This document shows, in pieces, positions 24,176 through 37,000 of a stretch of 64,000 bases of DNA. Each line of letters begins with the position of its first letter. Position 1 is the first letter of the stretch. Where the stretch lies: contig NW_027192200.1 of the NCBI RefSeq assembly GCF_041956535.1, positions 46,042-110,041 of the forward strand. The letters are read 5' to 3'. The notes beneath the pieces are model-generated. The model searched no databases. It saw nothing but the letters and a program-made list of their open reading frames with translations, and was not told the origin of the DNA. This DNA is from Calcarisporiella thermophila CBS 279.70 (Eukaryota; Fungi; Calcarisporiellomycota). The position numbers and the translations under genes are program-made.

Positions 24176-25561
24176 TCACCCTCTTTGGGGTTGCTGATGT
24201 TGATGGAGTTGATGTTGCTGCAGCTGGTCAAGGACCAGGCCTTCTAAATAGGAGCACCGCTCTCGCAACTCTTTGGTCTCCTTCCGCAGCTTCTCCCGTT
24301 CGTCCAGAAGAGCCACCAGCTTGGCATAGGCACGGCCACTCAGTGCTTCGAATTTGTCTCGCGAGTTGCGCATGGCGGCCATGAGGCGCTTCTTCGCCCG
24401 CTGTTCCGCAAAGAGTTGGGAATGCGCCTGCTGTAGCTTGTGAAGCAGCTCCTCGCGACTCTCGGCCTTGTCTTCAGGCGACGTGTCGGCGCTGGGGAGA
24501 GGGGGGTGATTCTCCTCGGGAGACGACGACTCGGTCTGCGTCGCTGCCGTATCAACCTTTCGGTCGGTTTGGACTTGCACGTGTCGTACTCGCCTCCCGG
24601 TGGCGGGGGCGCGGGGGGAGCGCTCGATCACCTCCACCAGCCCCACCTCGCGCCGCACAAGAGCCACGCGCTTTGACAACTCGAGCTCCACCAGATCCTT
24701 CTCCTCCTCGGCCTTATTGGCCGCGTCCGCATCCGCCACGTTTTTCTTGCGGATCATGGCCGTTGTAAAGGGCCCCTCACTGGCCTGCTTCTCGAGCTTG
24801 GCATCTCCGTCGAACGCCTCCTTCTGGGAATTTGAGGCCTCCATCCGATAGGGCGAATGCGACTCCCCCTTAGCTGGAGCAGTTGAGAGCGGGTGCATAT
24901 CCCGGTCGGGCCGACGATAGGCGTCAGGGGATTCGTATTTCTCGCGCTGATAATGATTCACTCCACCGAGTGCGTCTCTTCTCTCCTTGATGCTACTTCC
25001 TCCCCCAACGCTACCCTCCTTGGAATTCCCGTTGCTTTTCACACTGCTTCCGCCCCCACTGTGACTACCCATGATATAGTCCTGGGACGAAATCGTCACG
25101 ACGGTTTCCGCGAGGATGGAGCTTTCCCTGTTCCTCGGCGCCAGATAATCATATTCATTGAAGCCTCGGCCGTCGGCCTTGTTGCTATCCTGGGTGGAGA
25201 ACGTGTCGTATTCGGTGATAATGGGGACGTATTTCTTTCCCGCAGGGCGCCCCGGTCCGGGCGGCTGCAGCCGCGAGGGGGGGGCCAGCGAGTGAGCCTG
25301 AGCTCCTTCCCCATTCATCGCATCCAGCGGCTTCTCTTTCGACTTGTTCCGCCGGAAGAACAACCGTTTTCGTTCCTTCTTCTCGGAAGCTTGCGTCGCG
25401 GGCTCCTCGGGTGGCTCTGGCGGCCCCGTGGTGGCAAGAAACTCGGCGAGTGACTGGGTGGTTTGGGGTTTGGCGCTGCTGGAGAAAAAGTCGTCATCAG
25501 AATCGTTTTCGTAAACGATAGTGAGAGGGGATTTGGGCACGAGGGCCGCCTTTTGAGGCAT
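24176..25561 (-). CDS. Uncharacterised disordered protein with SLAEFLATTGPPEP motif and C-terminal coiled coil
   Basis: 461-aa open frame with coding-like composition. C-terminal heptads (REELLHKLQQ...LRKETKELRERC). Confidence 0.75.
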   Translation of the reverse strand: MPQKAALVPKSPLTIVYENDSDDDFFSSSAKPQTTQSLAEFLATTGPPEPPEEPATQASEKKERKRLFFRRNKSKEKPLDAMNGEGAQAHSLAPPSRLQPPGPGRPAGKKYVPIITEYDTFSTQDSNKADGRGFNEYDYLAPRNRESSILAETVVTISSQDYIMGSHSGGGSSVKSNGNSKEGSVGGGSSIKERRDALGGVNHYQREKYESPDAYRRPDRDMHPLSTAPAKGESHSPYRMEASNSQKEAFDGDAKLEKQASEGPFTTAMIRKKNVADADAANKAEEEKDLVELELSKRVALVRREVGLVEVIERSPRAPATGRRVRHVQVQTDRKVDTAATQTESSSPEENHPPLPSADTSPEDKAESREELLHKLQQAHSQLFAEQRAKKRLMAAMRNSRDKFEALSGRAYAKLVALLDEREKLRKETKELRERCSYLEGLVLDQLQQHQLHQHQQPQRG

Positions 25562-26278
25562 GGCGATAATGGTTTAGAGAAGGAACGGGGAGGGGCAATG
25601 GTCGAGATCCGGTGGTGATAGAGAGAGAGGGGGCACGAGAGAAGAAGGGAAAGAATAGATAGGAAGGGTCGGACCGAAAGGGTAGAAGGGGGACTTGTCG
25701 CGGGAATGAGCACAGAAGCACGAGTTTGTTCGATACTCGCTTTCTAATTAGTCGAGGTTCTCAAAAAAAAGGGGGGATTTTCTTAACGGGTAAGACAAGA
25801 AGAGAGGGAAAAAGGGAACACGGGATGGGAAATAGAAGCCAGACGCGAAATGGAAGCGAGATGAAAAAGATGATGGTGAGGTGTGTTCATTCCCACAATG
25901 ACAAACAACACCAACAGCAACAAATAGTCAGCGGCACAGAAATAAGGATCAATCGAAGAAGAATGAAAAAAAAACAGGAATATGTCCGTGAGTGAAGCTT
26001 GTTTCTTTTGTGGGTTGTGTAACCCGCTCACCACTTGAGACAAATGCCGAGTTTCAGACGGAATTAGAAAGTGGTGCTATTTTCGTCTCTCCCCAGTTGA
26101 ATTCGGATGACGAAGATTCGGCTGGCCAAATAGCCCGGGATGGGTGGCGGAGCGGCGTGCGGACTTCCATCGTCTATTTGCTCAGGTCGGCAGCCGTGGC
26201 CGCGGCCGCTGCTTCCATCTCCCGCAGCGTGTCTGCCCGCCTTCTCTCTAGCCATCCGAGCATGCACAATAAGAACCA

Positions 26279-27353
26279 TTAGGCCTCCCGGTCCATATCC
26301 TCTTCTCTGTTGAATGGAGCCTTACCGCTTAGCCGCCGGCTGCATTCTGCCAGGTGTTCTCGCAAGGTCCCGTGCCCCGACTTTTGCACGCGTATCGCGT
26401 CTCCGTCGTATCCAAATACCTCGAGGTGGTAGGGGGGGAGCACCTGCTCCTTGATGATAGCGTTGGAGATCAAGTAGGTCGCCTATGCAGAATGGGGTGC
26501 ATCGAAGGGGATGAGGGGGGCTTAGCAAACTCACACATAATGACCGGAATACTCACAAACACGTCGTTGGCCGCATACTCTTTCTGCTGCGGGGTCAGAT
26601 ACCGCATCTCCCAGTTACTGAGGCGCGCATGTTGGTCCTTCGCGAGCTCCTGCCCAAGCATGACTCTGCTCAAGCTCTTGAGGGAAATAATGGGGCGCCT
26701 GTGGCCAAAGACGCCTTTGTTCGCTAGTAGCTTCCCCCCTAGGTTTTGGCCGCGATCATATCCACCCTTATCCACATCTCCGTCTCCACCCGCATTGCCA
26801 ACGCCATCATGGTGCAGGTAACCATGCTCTTTTACCTCCCGGCACAGCCGACTCGCTTCGCACATTCCTTTCGCTTTGATCCCGAGATCGTGCAACTTCT
26901 TGGCGTCTATTCGAACGTTTACCCCCATTTTCACGATCTCCTCCGTCTCCAACAGCAGCCGTACATGCTCCGGCACAGCATGCATATGATGCAAATGGAG
27001 GAGGAGAATCGCGGTGCGATCGCAGAGTTGGAGGAGGGCAAGAGGGCGCTGCTTGTAGGGGCGTGCGAAAGGAAAGGGCGTGGACCATTCGGAGTCCAGG
27101 GCTATGAGGGGAAATTTCTCGCTGGCCGGAGCCATTTGGGATAATTAGACAGAATGGAAGCGATCCAATCCAAGCAAGAACACCCTTACCAATTCATCAG
27201 CATGATGCGCGCCATCTTATCCGCCTTCTCGTAGTCGGCCGTGTAGTACACTCGCTGCCGGTGCCGCGTGTAATCAACATATGGGTAGAGGGGGGCATGG
27301 GTGGAATAGCACCTGGATCCGCATAGGCGGCGCGGTAGAGGGAGCCTTCTCAT
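26279..27353 (-). CDS. DEDDy 3'-5' exonuclease (WRN-exo/EXD2-like), probable mitochondrial presequence; exons 27353-27190, 27121-26557, 26482-26279
   Basis: ExoI ALDSEW, ALLQL, ExoII GVNVRIDAKKL, SNWE...LTPQQKEYAAND (ExoIII). Arg-rich N terminus MRRLPLPRRLCGSRCYST. GT-AG introns. Confidence 0.88.
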
Positions 27354-28652
27354 GGTTGGGGAGGAGGATTGAAAGGACGAAGTGACCGTATTTATCAGAC
27401 CACTGCCTATTCTGGGAGGGTAATAATTTTTGGTTCCAAGCCGCAGCCCAATTCCAGTGTCCATTTCTAATCACGTTAGACTAGGAGACAGGAGTTTTTG
27501 GGGCTTCTCGGTGGAGGCGAAGAATTCCCCAGATTGATTTGGTCCTATGGTGGACTCCTGGACCCAAGCCATTCCCCAATTCGGGATTTGTTTTCTCGGA
27601 ATGCAATCGGGCCAACCAAAACAGATATACTATAGAGATAGGGGGAGAAGAACCGGTACTTCAACCCTATTCCAAAGAACATGGTCTTACAAGAATGAGA
27701 AACATTCCAACATTCCCTTTATTATCAGGTCACAAGAAGTAAAACTTGTGAAGCGCCACGTCTTCGGCCCGTCTTTTGATGGCCAGTAGTGGTTATTGCA
27801 AAAGGGAGGTTGAAGAGGTCGTGTAAAAACGGGAACTAAAACCTCTTGTGAAGGCCTGCCAATAGCTTCATCTTGCCACAGAGCAAGCACATTGCGTCCC
27901 CGCTCTGAGTCATCTGGACCCTAGCTTTAGGCTGGGGTAGAAACATCCTCTAGTACTATTCCTTCATTAACTATCGAAATGACCCATCATCATTCGTATG
28001 TCACGATGCCATGTCATGATAGGGTAAAACACGGCTCCCTGGAATGCATAGAGACCCCATGCCTAAGTGGGTGGCTAACTATCCAAGCGCGCGCGTACCC
28101 ATGAAATGCTTGTTCACCACCTGAACACCCCAGTGCAATAAGCGAGTGAACGTCTCTGCTGTATTCACACTATTTGGCTTTTTATTATTTTAAGCTTTGC
28201 ATTTTGGAATTTTACTATTCACAATAAAAAAAAAGAGAAATGATGAATTCTATGAATTCCAATAGAAATAAAGGGGGAAAAAGGATCATAGGGAGAAAAG
28301 AAAAAGGGGAGAGGGGAGAGGGGGAGGGAAAAAAAAAACGTCCATCCTTGCAAAAAAAAAAAAAGAATATATATAAAAGAAGAATATAGTAACAAATAAA
28401 AAGCGCATTCCTCAAATATCCACAAGAGAGGAGGGAGAAAGCAACCAACGCAAGAGCCAGATCCAAGAGCCGAGCGGACGCGCCCTTCCCCTTTAACCCG
28501 ACAAAATGTACTTATGAGAGATTATATAGTAGGAGGAGAGTGAGAAAGTAGGCGGGAAGAGTGCACAACGCTCCGAGTATATATATACATCCACCAACAT
28601 ATATATACACCTTGCGACGAAGGATTGGCTTGAGCCATCGAGCCTCCACGCG

Positions 28653-31055
28653 TTATCCTTGTGCCATGGGAGGGGTCGGTGCACTCTCATCCGTGGTGGT
28701 GTTTCCCGCCTCCCGCTCTTCCACCGCAGCGGCTCTACAAATGGGACACTTGTTGGCCCCCTCGGTCAGCCATTTATCGATGCACTCCCGATGGAAACCA
28801 TGCCGGCACCGCAGAATACGCACCATGTCGCCTCCCCCGTACTCCGTCAGGCACACTTGGCAGCTGTTCCCCGTCCCCAGCAGCTCGAACCCAGGCACCT
28901 GACCCAGAGTTTTGTCAAAGGCTGCACACGGCAGCGCACTATCAATGGCGTCCTGGGTGGTGGTGGGGGGCCGCGCAGGGCCCAGGACGGCCGCAAGCCG
29001 GAGCAGATCTTCGTAGGTGGGTTGGTCGGAGAGAAGGGAGGGCGAGGTGAGGATCGGGTGGCCGGAGGGAAAGGTGCCTCCAATGATGAAGATGACGTAG
29101 GTGCGTGTGACCCGCCGATGGCTTGGAGGAGCGAGACCCTGGCCAGACAGGGGCGGCCCCGGGGGCAACGCCGTGGTGTTGGTGGAGGAGGAGGAGTAGG
29201 AGGAGGACGAGGAGGCGGCCGAGGAGAGAACGTGTGGGTGGGGCTGTGGCGACATCCGGGAGGAGGGGGGCGGAGGTGACGAGGGTCGCAGGGAGGTGGA
29301 GCCTTCGTTCCCCGGGGCTGCCGAATCGTTGTACATTGAGAATGGGTATCCGCTCGACATGGTGCGCAGGGTGGTGATGGACGCGGCATCGTTCACGACG
29401 CTCTCCCCGTCCTCCGCCTCGGTGCCGTTGTCTTCGGCCCCGTGTCTTGACGCTGAGGGCCGATCGATCGACCGAATCCCAACAAAGAGCACCGGGACCA
29501 TTCCCGCCTCGTTTGCGTCCGCTCCTTCCGGGGGTCCGCCAATCCTAAAGAACCGCATCTGCCCACTGCTGCCCATCCCGCCGAGCGAGGAGATGTCCGG
29601 CATGGAGTTGACGGAGATTGGCAATGGGGCAGGGTTCTCGTCTCCACCCGTGCCCGCATTCCCATCCGTCCCTCTTGCCGTAGTATTTGGCTCCAGGCCC
29701 GTATCCGCGCCTGTCTCACGCGCTCCCGACTCTGCATCGTCGTTTTCACCGGCGGCGGCGTCCTGGCGCTCCAGATTGCTCAACATCCGTTCCAAGGTAG
29801 AGATGAGGGTGTTGTCCGTGATGAAATTGGCCAGAGCGGCGGTGTTATGCCGCTCCTCGCCTCCTCTCGCGGGCTGGTCTCCGTCCGGCTCGTGGCGCGA
29901 GGAAGAGTGGAGCCGCTGGGCTTCACTGGCAGGGTGAGGTCCCGCAAAGTCGGCCGTGGAGGACTGGCCACTGGAGGCGCGCCGCAGCAAGGAGGCCGCG
30001 GTGGAGGCAACCAGGCTTGCAAGCACTCGGCTAAACCGCGTGTTTCCTCCGGCCGCTTGCGAGGGGTGATCGTGCTCCACAGCGTCGCCACCATCCAGAA
30101 GCTGTGAATCGTGCAGCCACTGGTCGTCTCGAGTTTCGTGGCGCCGTCGGCGGGTGTGCCACCCTTCGCCATATTCCACGTCCAAATGGTCCTCCGGCCC
30201 GTAGAGTGAAGGGGGGCGTTCACCAGAGCTGTTCTCAAAGACAAGATTACGGGTAGCGGTGCGGTCCTGCCACCTGTTTTCGTCCTCATCATCTAGGGCC
30301 ATCCCGTCCCCCCCGCCGATCGCACTTTCTGCTGTAGGGTTCCTCTCGCCTGCATGTTCCCTAGCTTTTTGCTGCTCGTCGCCCTCTTTTTCTCCTTCTT
30401 CCTCAGGACCGTAGTCGGCGTGGTCGTAATCATCCAGCCTCCGATAGTCGCCCTCGATGTGACTGTAAACCGGTTCGTCCTCGTGCAGCTGGGGATCTTC
30501 CTCCATGGGGTTATATTGCATCCTATCGGACTCTTCAGATTGCGCTCGCCGCTGGTCCAACGGGGAGGACGAGGCAGGATAATATGTGGAATCTCTTAAA
30601 GGCAGCCCTACTGGCCGGGTGTATCGAGGGTGAGATGAGGAGGACGAGGAGGAAGGCGATGGCGTCGAACTGCGCAGCATCCCGTGCAGTCGCTGCAAGC
30701 GCCCTAAAGGCCGCGCCGCCCCTCCACCGTTTCCCGCGACCCCACCCAACGAACCCGATGAGGCTGATTGTAGCCCATTCCATCCACGCGAGCCGCCTAC
30801 ACAGGAATTGTTGATGCCGGTGCTGCTCCCGCTGGAATGGGAAATGATAGGATAGAGGCTGAATAGCCGTCGTCTTCGGCGCGCACTTGTACTCCTCAGA
30901 GCACGCGATGACCGTGCTAGGGGCGGAGTGGCGGAGGATCTTTCTGCCGGATGTGCTGGTACGGGCGAGGGCGTGGATGCCGGTGAGTGATCACTCGCGT
31001 CGACAGTGGGGGGGTGGGGATCATGGCTGCGGGAGGTCGAGAAACTATGGCCCAT
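28653..31055 (-). CDS. RING-H2 E3 ubiquitin ligase with long disordered N-terminal region and putative N-myristoylation site
   Basis: CQVCLTEY...CRHGFHRECIDKWL...CPICR. YEDLLRLAAVLG motif precedes the RING. N terminus MGHSFS (MGxxxS). Confidence 0.9.
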   Translation of the reverse strand: MGHSFSTSRSHDPHPPTVDASDHSPASTPSPVPAHPAERSSATPPLARSSRALRSTSARRRRRLFSLYPIISHSSGSSTGINNSCVGGSRGWNGLQSASSGSLGGVAGNGGGAARPLGRLQRLHGMLRSSTPSPSSSSSSSHPRYTRPVGLPLRDSTYYPASSSPLDQRRAQSEESDRMQYNPMEEDPQLHEDEPVYSHIEGDYRRLDDYDHADYGPEEEGEKEGDEQQKAREHAGERNPTAESAIGGGDGMALDDEDENRWQDRTATRNLVFENSSGERPPSLYGPEDHLDVEYGEGWHTRRRRHETRDDQWLHDSQLLDGGDAVEHDHPSQAAGGNTRFSRVLASLVASTAASLLRRASSGQSSTADFAGPHPASEAQRLHSSSRHEPDGDQPARGGEERHNTAALANFITDNTLISTLERMLSNLERQDAAAGENDDAESGARETGADTGLEPNTTARGTDGNAGTGGDENPAPLPISVNSMPDISSLGGMGSSGQMRFFRIGGPPEGADANEAGMVPVLFVGIRSIDRPSASRHGAEDNGTEAEDGESVVNDAASITTLRTMSSGYPFSMYNDSAAPGNEGSTSLRPSSPPPPSSRMSPQPHPHVLSSAASSSSSYSSSSTNTTALPPGPPLSGQGLAPPSHRRVTRTYVIFIIGGTFPSGHPILTSPSLLSDQPTYEDLLRLAAVLGPARPPTTTQDAIDSALPCAAFDKTLGQVPGFELLGTGNSCQVCLTEYGGGDMVRILRCRHGFHRECIDKWLTEGANKCPICRAAAVEEREAGNTTTDESAPTPPMAQG

Positions 31056-32282
31056 GCTAATTTCGCCGTTGTCCTCCAGTTCGAATTTGAATTTGTATTA
31101 GTACAATGGATATACGGGATTAGGATTAGAAGAGGAGACAAGCAGATGGAAGAAATAAAAGCTTAATCTACATGAGGAAAGGCAAAAGTGATGAGATTAG
31201 CCTCCGACCAAGACAGCAGCTACACGAGATTGGCATCGAAGGATAAGGGTTATGGCGGGAAACCTTTTTGGTTTTGCTTATCTCACCATGCCCATCAGCA
31301 ATGGCGCCAAAAAGTCTCAATCATCCACACAAAAACCCATATCCCGCTGACCTCAGCAAGAAACGTCATAATCACAGCGGGATTAAGCTTACATGTCAAG
31401 AATCCGGCCTCTACGCTGAGCTATCGCCGCTAGAGCAGGTTGGGCGGAAGAAATGAGATGGGGGAAGAAAAAGAAAAGCGATTCGAACCGAATTCCTAAA
31501 AAGAACTCTGCAAGAAATAGAAAAAAAAATTAGGCGGCGGACAGGTTGTTAGAGAAGGTGATTGAAAATCGGCAGCGATGACTCTAGCGTGACTTCCGTT
31601 GGATATCTCCTCCCCCGTGCGCCGGATAGTTTGCGATGCTGAGAAGACGGTGGAAAAGGGGCCGATGGGATTTGTAATAGACCGTTCCAACGGCTGGCCT
31701 TGTTGACTAATATGCTCTCCTCCAATTCGGCCGCAACTTTTGATTTCAAATTGCTCCTCGGCTTGCGAGCGCGGAGGACAAAAAAGCCTTGAACTGGCCG
31801 ATTTGTTCCAGCCTCGTTGTAGTTGAGACCGGAATCCCCCTCCACCCGCATCAACCGCGGTCATGGACGCCTGAGCATGGAATGCATTGCCGCATCCGGC
31901 CCTGCGCGAAGTAAAGCCTTCCCCATCGATCCATATGCTTTTGTCAAAGGAGAAACTCCCCTCTGCGAGATGGCCTAGAAATGAACGCCAACCCGCGCTG
32001 GGCCCGTTTCTTATGTGCGCAGAGCGCGTAGCGTTGCAGGCTCAGTCTTGCTCGCGACAGGCGTCGATTTCACTTGTGCGGTATAAGATCGCCCAAGATC
32101 CAATTTAATTGCATATCCCATATTTGGGGCGTTGAAACCAAGATGGCAGAAACACTGGAGACCCTCGCTGGACGCCTATATTCCATTTACATATCACGCA
32201 TGGGCTTTCTTCATGCCCATATCCCGCTTGGTCTCCTTTATCCATCTCGCGAGGCCCGGTTCTCCGATTGCTGAACTCCGTT

Positions 32283-33728
32283 ATGAGGAATGCTCTCCAA
32301 CGGAGAGACATTGCAAAGGATCAACCCAGGCTGGCCGAAACCGAGCGTGGGCCTGAGATCGCAAACGATGGCAATGTCGAGTATCCCGACGGCAGATATG
32401 GGTGGTGTATTGTTTTCGCGTGTTTCCTCCTCAACTTTGTCGTGTTTGGCTTCAACAATGTTTGGCAAGTGATCAAGGCCATGAATCCAACCCATGCATT
32501 TCGACGACTGAATGCACTCATCTTCTGTGATTACTTCTAGGGGAATCTTCCAGGCCCATTACCTTGAAAACCTGCCCTCTGCTTCTCTTTTCCTCCTCTC
32601 CCTCTGCGGTAGCATCTCTGCAGGCCTCTTGTTCGCCGCCGGCCCCATCTCGCTCCCGCTGGTGACTCGATTCGGATATCGCCTCCCCCTCTCGATCGGG
32701 ACAATCCTGGCCCCGGCGGGAATCGTGCTCATGAGCTTCGCCACGCATGTATGGCATCTTTACTTGAGCTTCTCCATCATGTTTGCCTTGGGCGCGTCGA
32801 TGCTCTTTGTCGCGAGCACCCCCCTGATCCCACAGTGGTTCCTGAGGAAGCGGGGGTTGGCCACCAGTTTATGCGCCACGGGGGGCGGGGTTGGAAGCTT
32901 GATTCTGTCCCCCGTGTCGCAGCATCTCATTGACCGGGTGGGGGTGCAATGGTGCCTTCGGATTGTAGGGTGCTGCTGTCTCCTGCTATGTACCATGGCA
33001 ACACTGCTGGTCAAGCCTTACACCCTCCGCGACCGAGGGTCGAGAGAAATCGCTAGCGACTGGAGTTTCCTTCAGTTGCCGGGCTTTTGGGGCATCCTAT
33101 CCTTCTCGTTCTTGCATCTCTTGGGCTTCATCGCGCCCTATTACTTCGTGCCATGTATGCATACCTTGGCCATTGGTTTCCTCCTCTTCCCGCTCGGTTG
33201 ACTAATGAATGGTTTGATGGTTTTTGCCGCCAAGCCCATGCAATCTCGGCTGGCGTCTCTCCTCAGATGAGCTCCATTTTCGTGGCGCTGATGGCGGGCT
33301 TCAGTATCCCTGGCCGTCTTTGCTGCGGCTTCCTCTCCGACCTCTACGGCCCTTTCAACATCTCGCTTCTCAGCATTTTTCTCTCGGGGGTGTTTTGCTT
33401 TTGCATCTGGGCCCTTCCCCCCAGCTTCGCCTCCCTCTGCACGTTCAGCCTTCTCTACGGCTTCTTCGGGGCGGTCAGCTCGACCCTTGTTCCAGCCTTG
33501 ACCCCCAAGGTCGTGAAGATGGAGCGCTTGGACTCAGCGCTCAACTTCCTCTTCTTCACCAATTCCCTCCCAATGATAATCGGGGGCCTAGTCATAGGTG
33601 TCCTAGTCCATGTGTTGCACGGCTATTTGGCCGCTGCGCTGTTTACGGGGACCGTCTTCCTGTTGGGAGCTGGGTGTCTGTTATGCACCAAGCTTTGGAT
33701 CAATAAGAGTTGGCTTGCTAAAGTGTAA
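32283..33728 (+). CDS. MFS transporter, monocarboxylate porter (MCT/Mch-like) family; introns 32465-32540 (GC-AG) and 33155-33234
   Basis: YPDGRYGWCIVFACF, QWFLRKRGLA and GRLCCGFLSDLYG motifs; many TM segments. Start codon uncertain. Confidence 0.88.
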
Positions 33729-34013
33729 CTCAGGAGTGCGCCTTACTCTGCTGGCACCTTTTTTGTGAAAAGAAACAAGGTTCATTTATTGTCACAATAC
33801 CTTTGAATGTTGATGCTTAGGCTCATTATATAATCTACAAGGTCGCGCAGAGTGTATATAAAACGAAAGATTAAGGGGGAAAAAATAGAAGAAAATAAAC
33901 ATAGAAGATGGCAGCTAACTCTAATGTCAAACTTGGAATGTAGAATAAAAAATTGTTAAATGAATCACAAGGGAAAGAAGTGTAGTAGTGTCGCTGTCTA
34001 GCTTGGTCTCATT

Positions 34014-37000
34014 CTAATGAGAAGCCCCGGTGCGGCCAAGCACTTGCCCGACCGCCTTCAACTCCGGCAGCTCCCTCGCGCCTTTCACATTGGGCATCGT
34101 CATAAATCCAACCCGAGTCAAGTACGCCAGGTACAGTCCGATCAGCTCCTCGGTCATCCGCGGAACGGCAGCCCCCTGGAGAAGTCGCTGTGTGTTGGTG
34201 TCGTCCAGTTCGGGCGACTTGGTGCTGGTGGGGAGATCGTCGAGGACAAAGTGCAACAGGGGGAACAGGGCATTGTCTTGGGCCTGCAGGGTGTATTCGG
34301 TAAGCGCGTTGCGCCACGTGATGTATTCGTGCTGCTTGACCTCGTAGCCGTACGCCGGGAGGCATCCGAAGAGATCATTGAACCGGAAAGCGGGCACCGG
34401 GTGGGTCACATGGAACACCGCCCCTTCCGCCGCGAATTCCCCAGCAGCGCGCTTAGCCACCTCGGCCACGCACCGCGCCACATAGTCGACGGGACACATG
34501 TTCACCGCATTGTTGATCTGAGGCACCGACCCAAGTTCAACGCATCCCTTGACAAGGCGCCAGATGAAATCATCCGTGTTGCTGACCCCCGTCTCCGTGC
34601 TTCCCAGCACATATCCCGGTCTCACAATGGCGGCGGGTAGTCCGCGACGGCGGGCTTCCAGGGTCAGCTTCTCGGCAACCCACTTCGACTGGCCGTATCC
34701 GCTTCGCAGGCCCTCGCGGCTACCCTCCAGGCTGTCCTCCTCGCTAACCCCGCGCCCTCCCTGCTCTATCACCGCATCGCTTAGTCGGACGTAGTGTTCG
34801 GTGTCGAGCACGGACGTCGAGCTCACGAAGGTGAAGGACTTGGTGTGATGGGCGCCCGCAAGCTGCAGGGCCCACGCAGTGCCTTCTACATTGGCAGGGC
34901 GTAACTTCGAGTACGGGTAGACCCAGTGCACCAGGGCACCGTTGTGCACGATTGCGTCCACCTCCTGGGCAAGCCGCTGCCAATCCGCATCGGAGACGCC
35001 GAGCTTCTCGGACGCTAGATCGCCACACACTGCCTCGATGCGGGAATGGTATGCGTCGTCCCACACTAGATGCGCCTTGGCCGACTGGATGATGCGAGAA
35101 ACGGCGGCTTCGGGGGACTTGGATCGAACATGGCAAATGACACGGCAGCTGGGGTCCAGCCTGAGGAGGGTGGCCAGGATAAAAGCGCCTAGGAATCCGG
35201 TCGCTCCTGTAAGAAGATACGTCTTGCTTTTCCCCAAGTCTTCTCCAGCCACTGGTGCGTACTGTGCGGGCAGGTAGCTCGTGAAGAGCTGGGGTAGATC
35301 GGCGGCATAATTGAATTCCTCAGTGGGGGACCGCCGACCATTCGGGGCCGACTCTCCCGCCTCGGCTCGAGTCGGAGTTGGGGCCGCGCTCGATTTGTTA
35401 TCATCGCCGGCAAGGTTGAGGTCAGAGCTCTGCAGCCGATCTATCTCCCGTGCCATTCCCTGGATCGTGGGCTCACGGAACACCAGACTCAGGGGCGCGC
35501 CCTCGAAGCACGCCTTGCGCACCTCGAAGATCAGGCGGGTGGCGAGAATCGAGTGTCCACCGAGGTCGAAGAAGTTCTCGTCCAAGGGGATAAAGGGTTG
35601 CGGAGGGTTGGGCAAGAGGCGGGTCCAGATGTCGTGAATGGCTTGCTCGGTCGGCGACCTCTTCGGGGCTGCCATCGCGGGTGCGACCGGAAGCGCGGAC
35701 ATTGTGTCTGGAAATGGCAGTGCAGGCTTATCGATTTTGCCGTTGGGGGTCAGAGGCATCCGCTTCAAAGGCACAAACACTACAAGGAAAACAGGATCAG
35801 GTTAAGCCATCCATTGGCAACAATTTAGGCTGGCGAGGTGTCGGTCCTTACCCGACGGCACCGCATAGCTTGGCAGCTTGGTCTTCAAGTACTCCCTGAT
35901 ATTCCGGATCAATCTCTTGTATTTCCTCGAGCTGCGCAAGCCTTTTCCACGCTCCCCTTCCTCCCCATTGTCATCGTCGGTGGAGGACAAAAACTCGTCC
36001 AAGTCGGCGCCACTCACGGGGATGAAGTAGGAAACTAGCGTCTGCTCCTCGTACTTGTCACGGCGCACCAGGGTGACGTTCTCGCGAACAAGCGGGTGCT
36101 GCGAAAGATGGGTGTCGATTTCACCAAGTTCCACGCGGAAACCGCGGATCTTAACCTGGTCATCCGCTCGGCCAGTGCACTCGACTAAGTTAAGAGAGAG
36201 AGGAAAAAAAAAGAAAACGCATCTAGGTAAGCATGCATTGCGATTGGATTCGATAGGATAGCCGATGGACTACCATTCCCGTCAGGCCTATACCTCCCCA
36301 GGTCTCCCGTTCTGTAAAGCCGGTCCCTGGCTCCCTTCCAAAACTCTCTCCACGGCTCCTTGGTTCCGGTCACTCCGGCCTCCTCAGCGGACCTTTGCCC
36401 AGGGAACCAGTTCTCCAGGAATTTCTCCGCGGTTGCCTCGGGAAGCCGCAGATAACCTTCGGCCAGCCCCCCGGCGCGCACGTAAATCTCCCCTACTTCC
36501 CCGACTCCGCACATGATATCGCGCTTTTTCCTATTCACCACCAGCAGTTGCACGTTGCACATCCCTTTCCCCGCCGGCATCACATCCTTTTGCGAGCTTA
36601 GGAAGGCAGGGTGCGAAGACAGGGGAGGGATATCGTAGTATGAAACGGATCGCTGTGTCTCCGTGGTGCCGTACATATTGATAATGTGGGCGTTCGTGGC
36701 GGCCTTTTGAAGTCGGTGGGTGTCGCGCTTCGTGAGAATATCGCCCACAAAGAAGGCATGGTGCAGGGTGGGAATCGGGGTCTGAGCGTGAGACGAAAGA
36801 AGCTGGCCCATGGCTGGGAAAGGGGTGGGTAGAGGTTAGAAAAAGTTTTCAGGCGAACAAGTAAAGGGATAGGTGAAGGGCTAAACCATACCAGGGGTCA
36901 AGTGGGTCACGGTCACTCCACTCGTTGCCATCCATTCTGCCAGTCGCCCCGGGATGCCGATATCTTCTCCCGTTGGAATCCAGAGCTGCGCCCCCAGGAA

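Noticed and set aside
26064-26281. TAATG stop-start overlap or readthrough extension after the exonuclease
   Set aside because: The short GC-rich ORF has no recognisable features, and TAA-T is not a leaky stop context.
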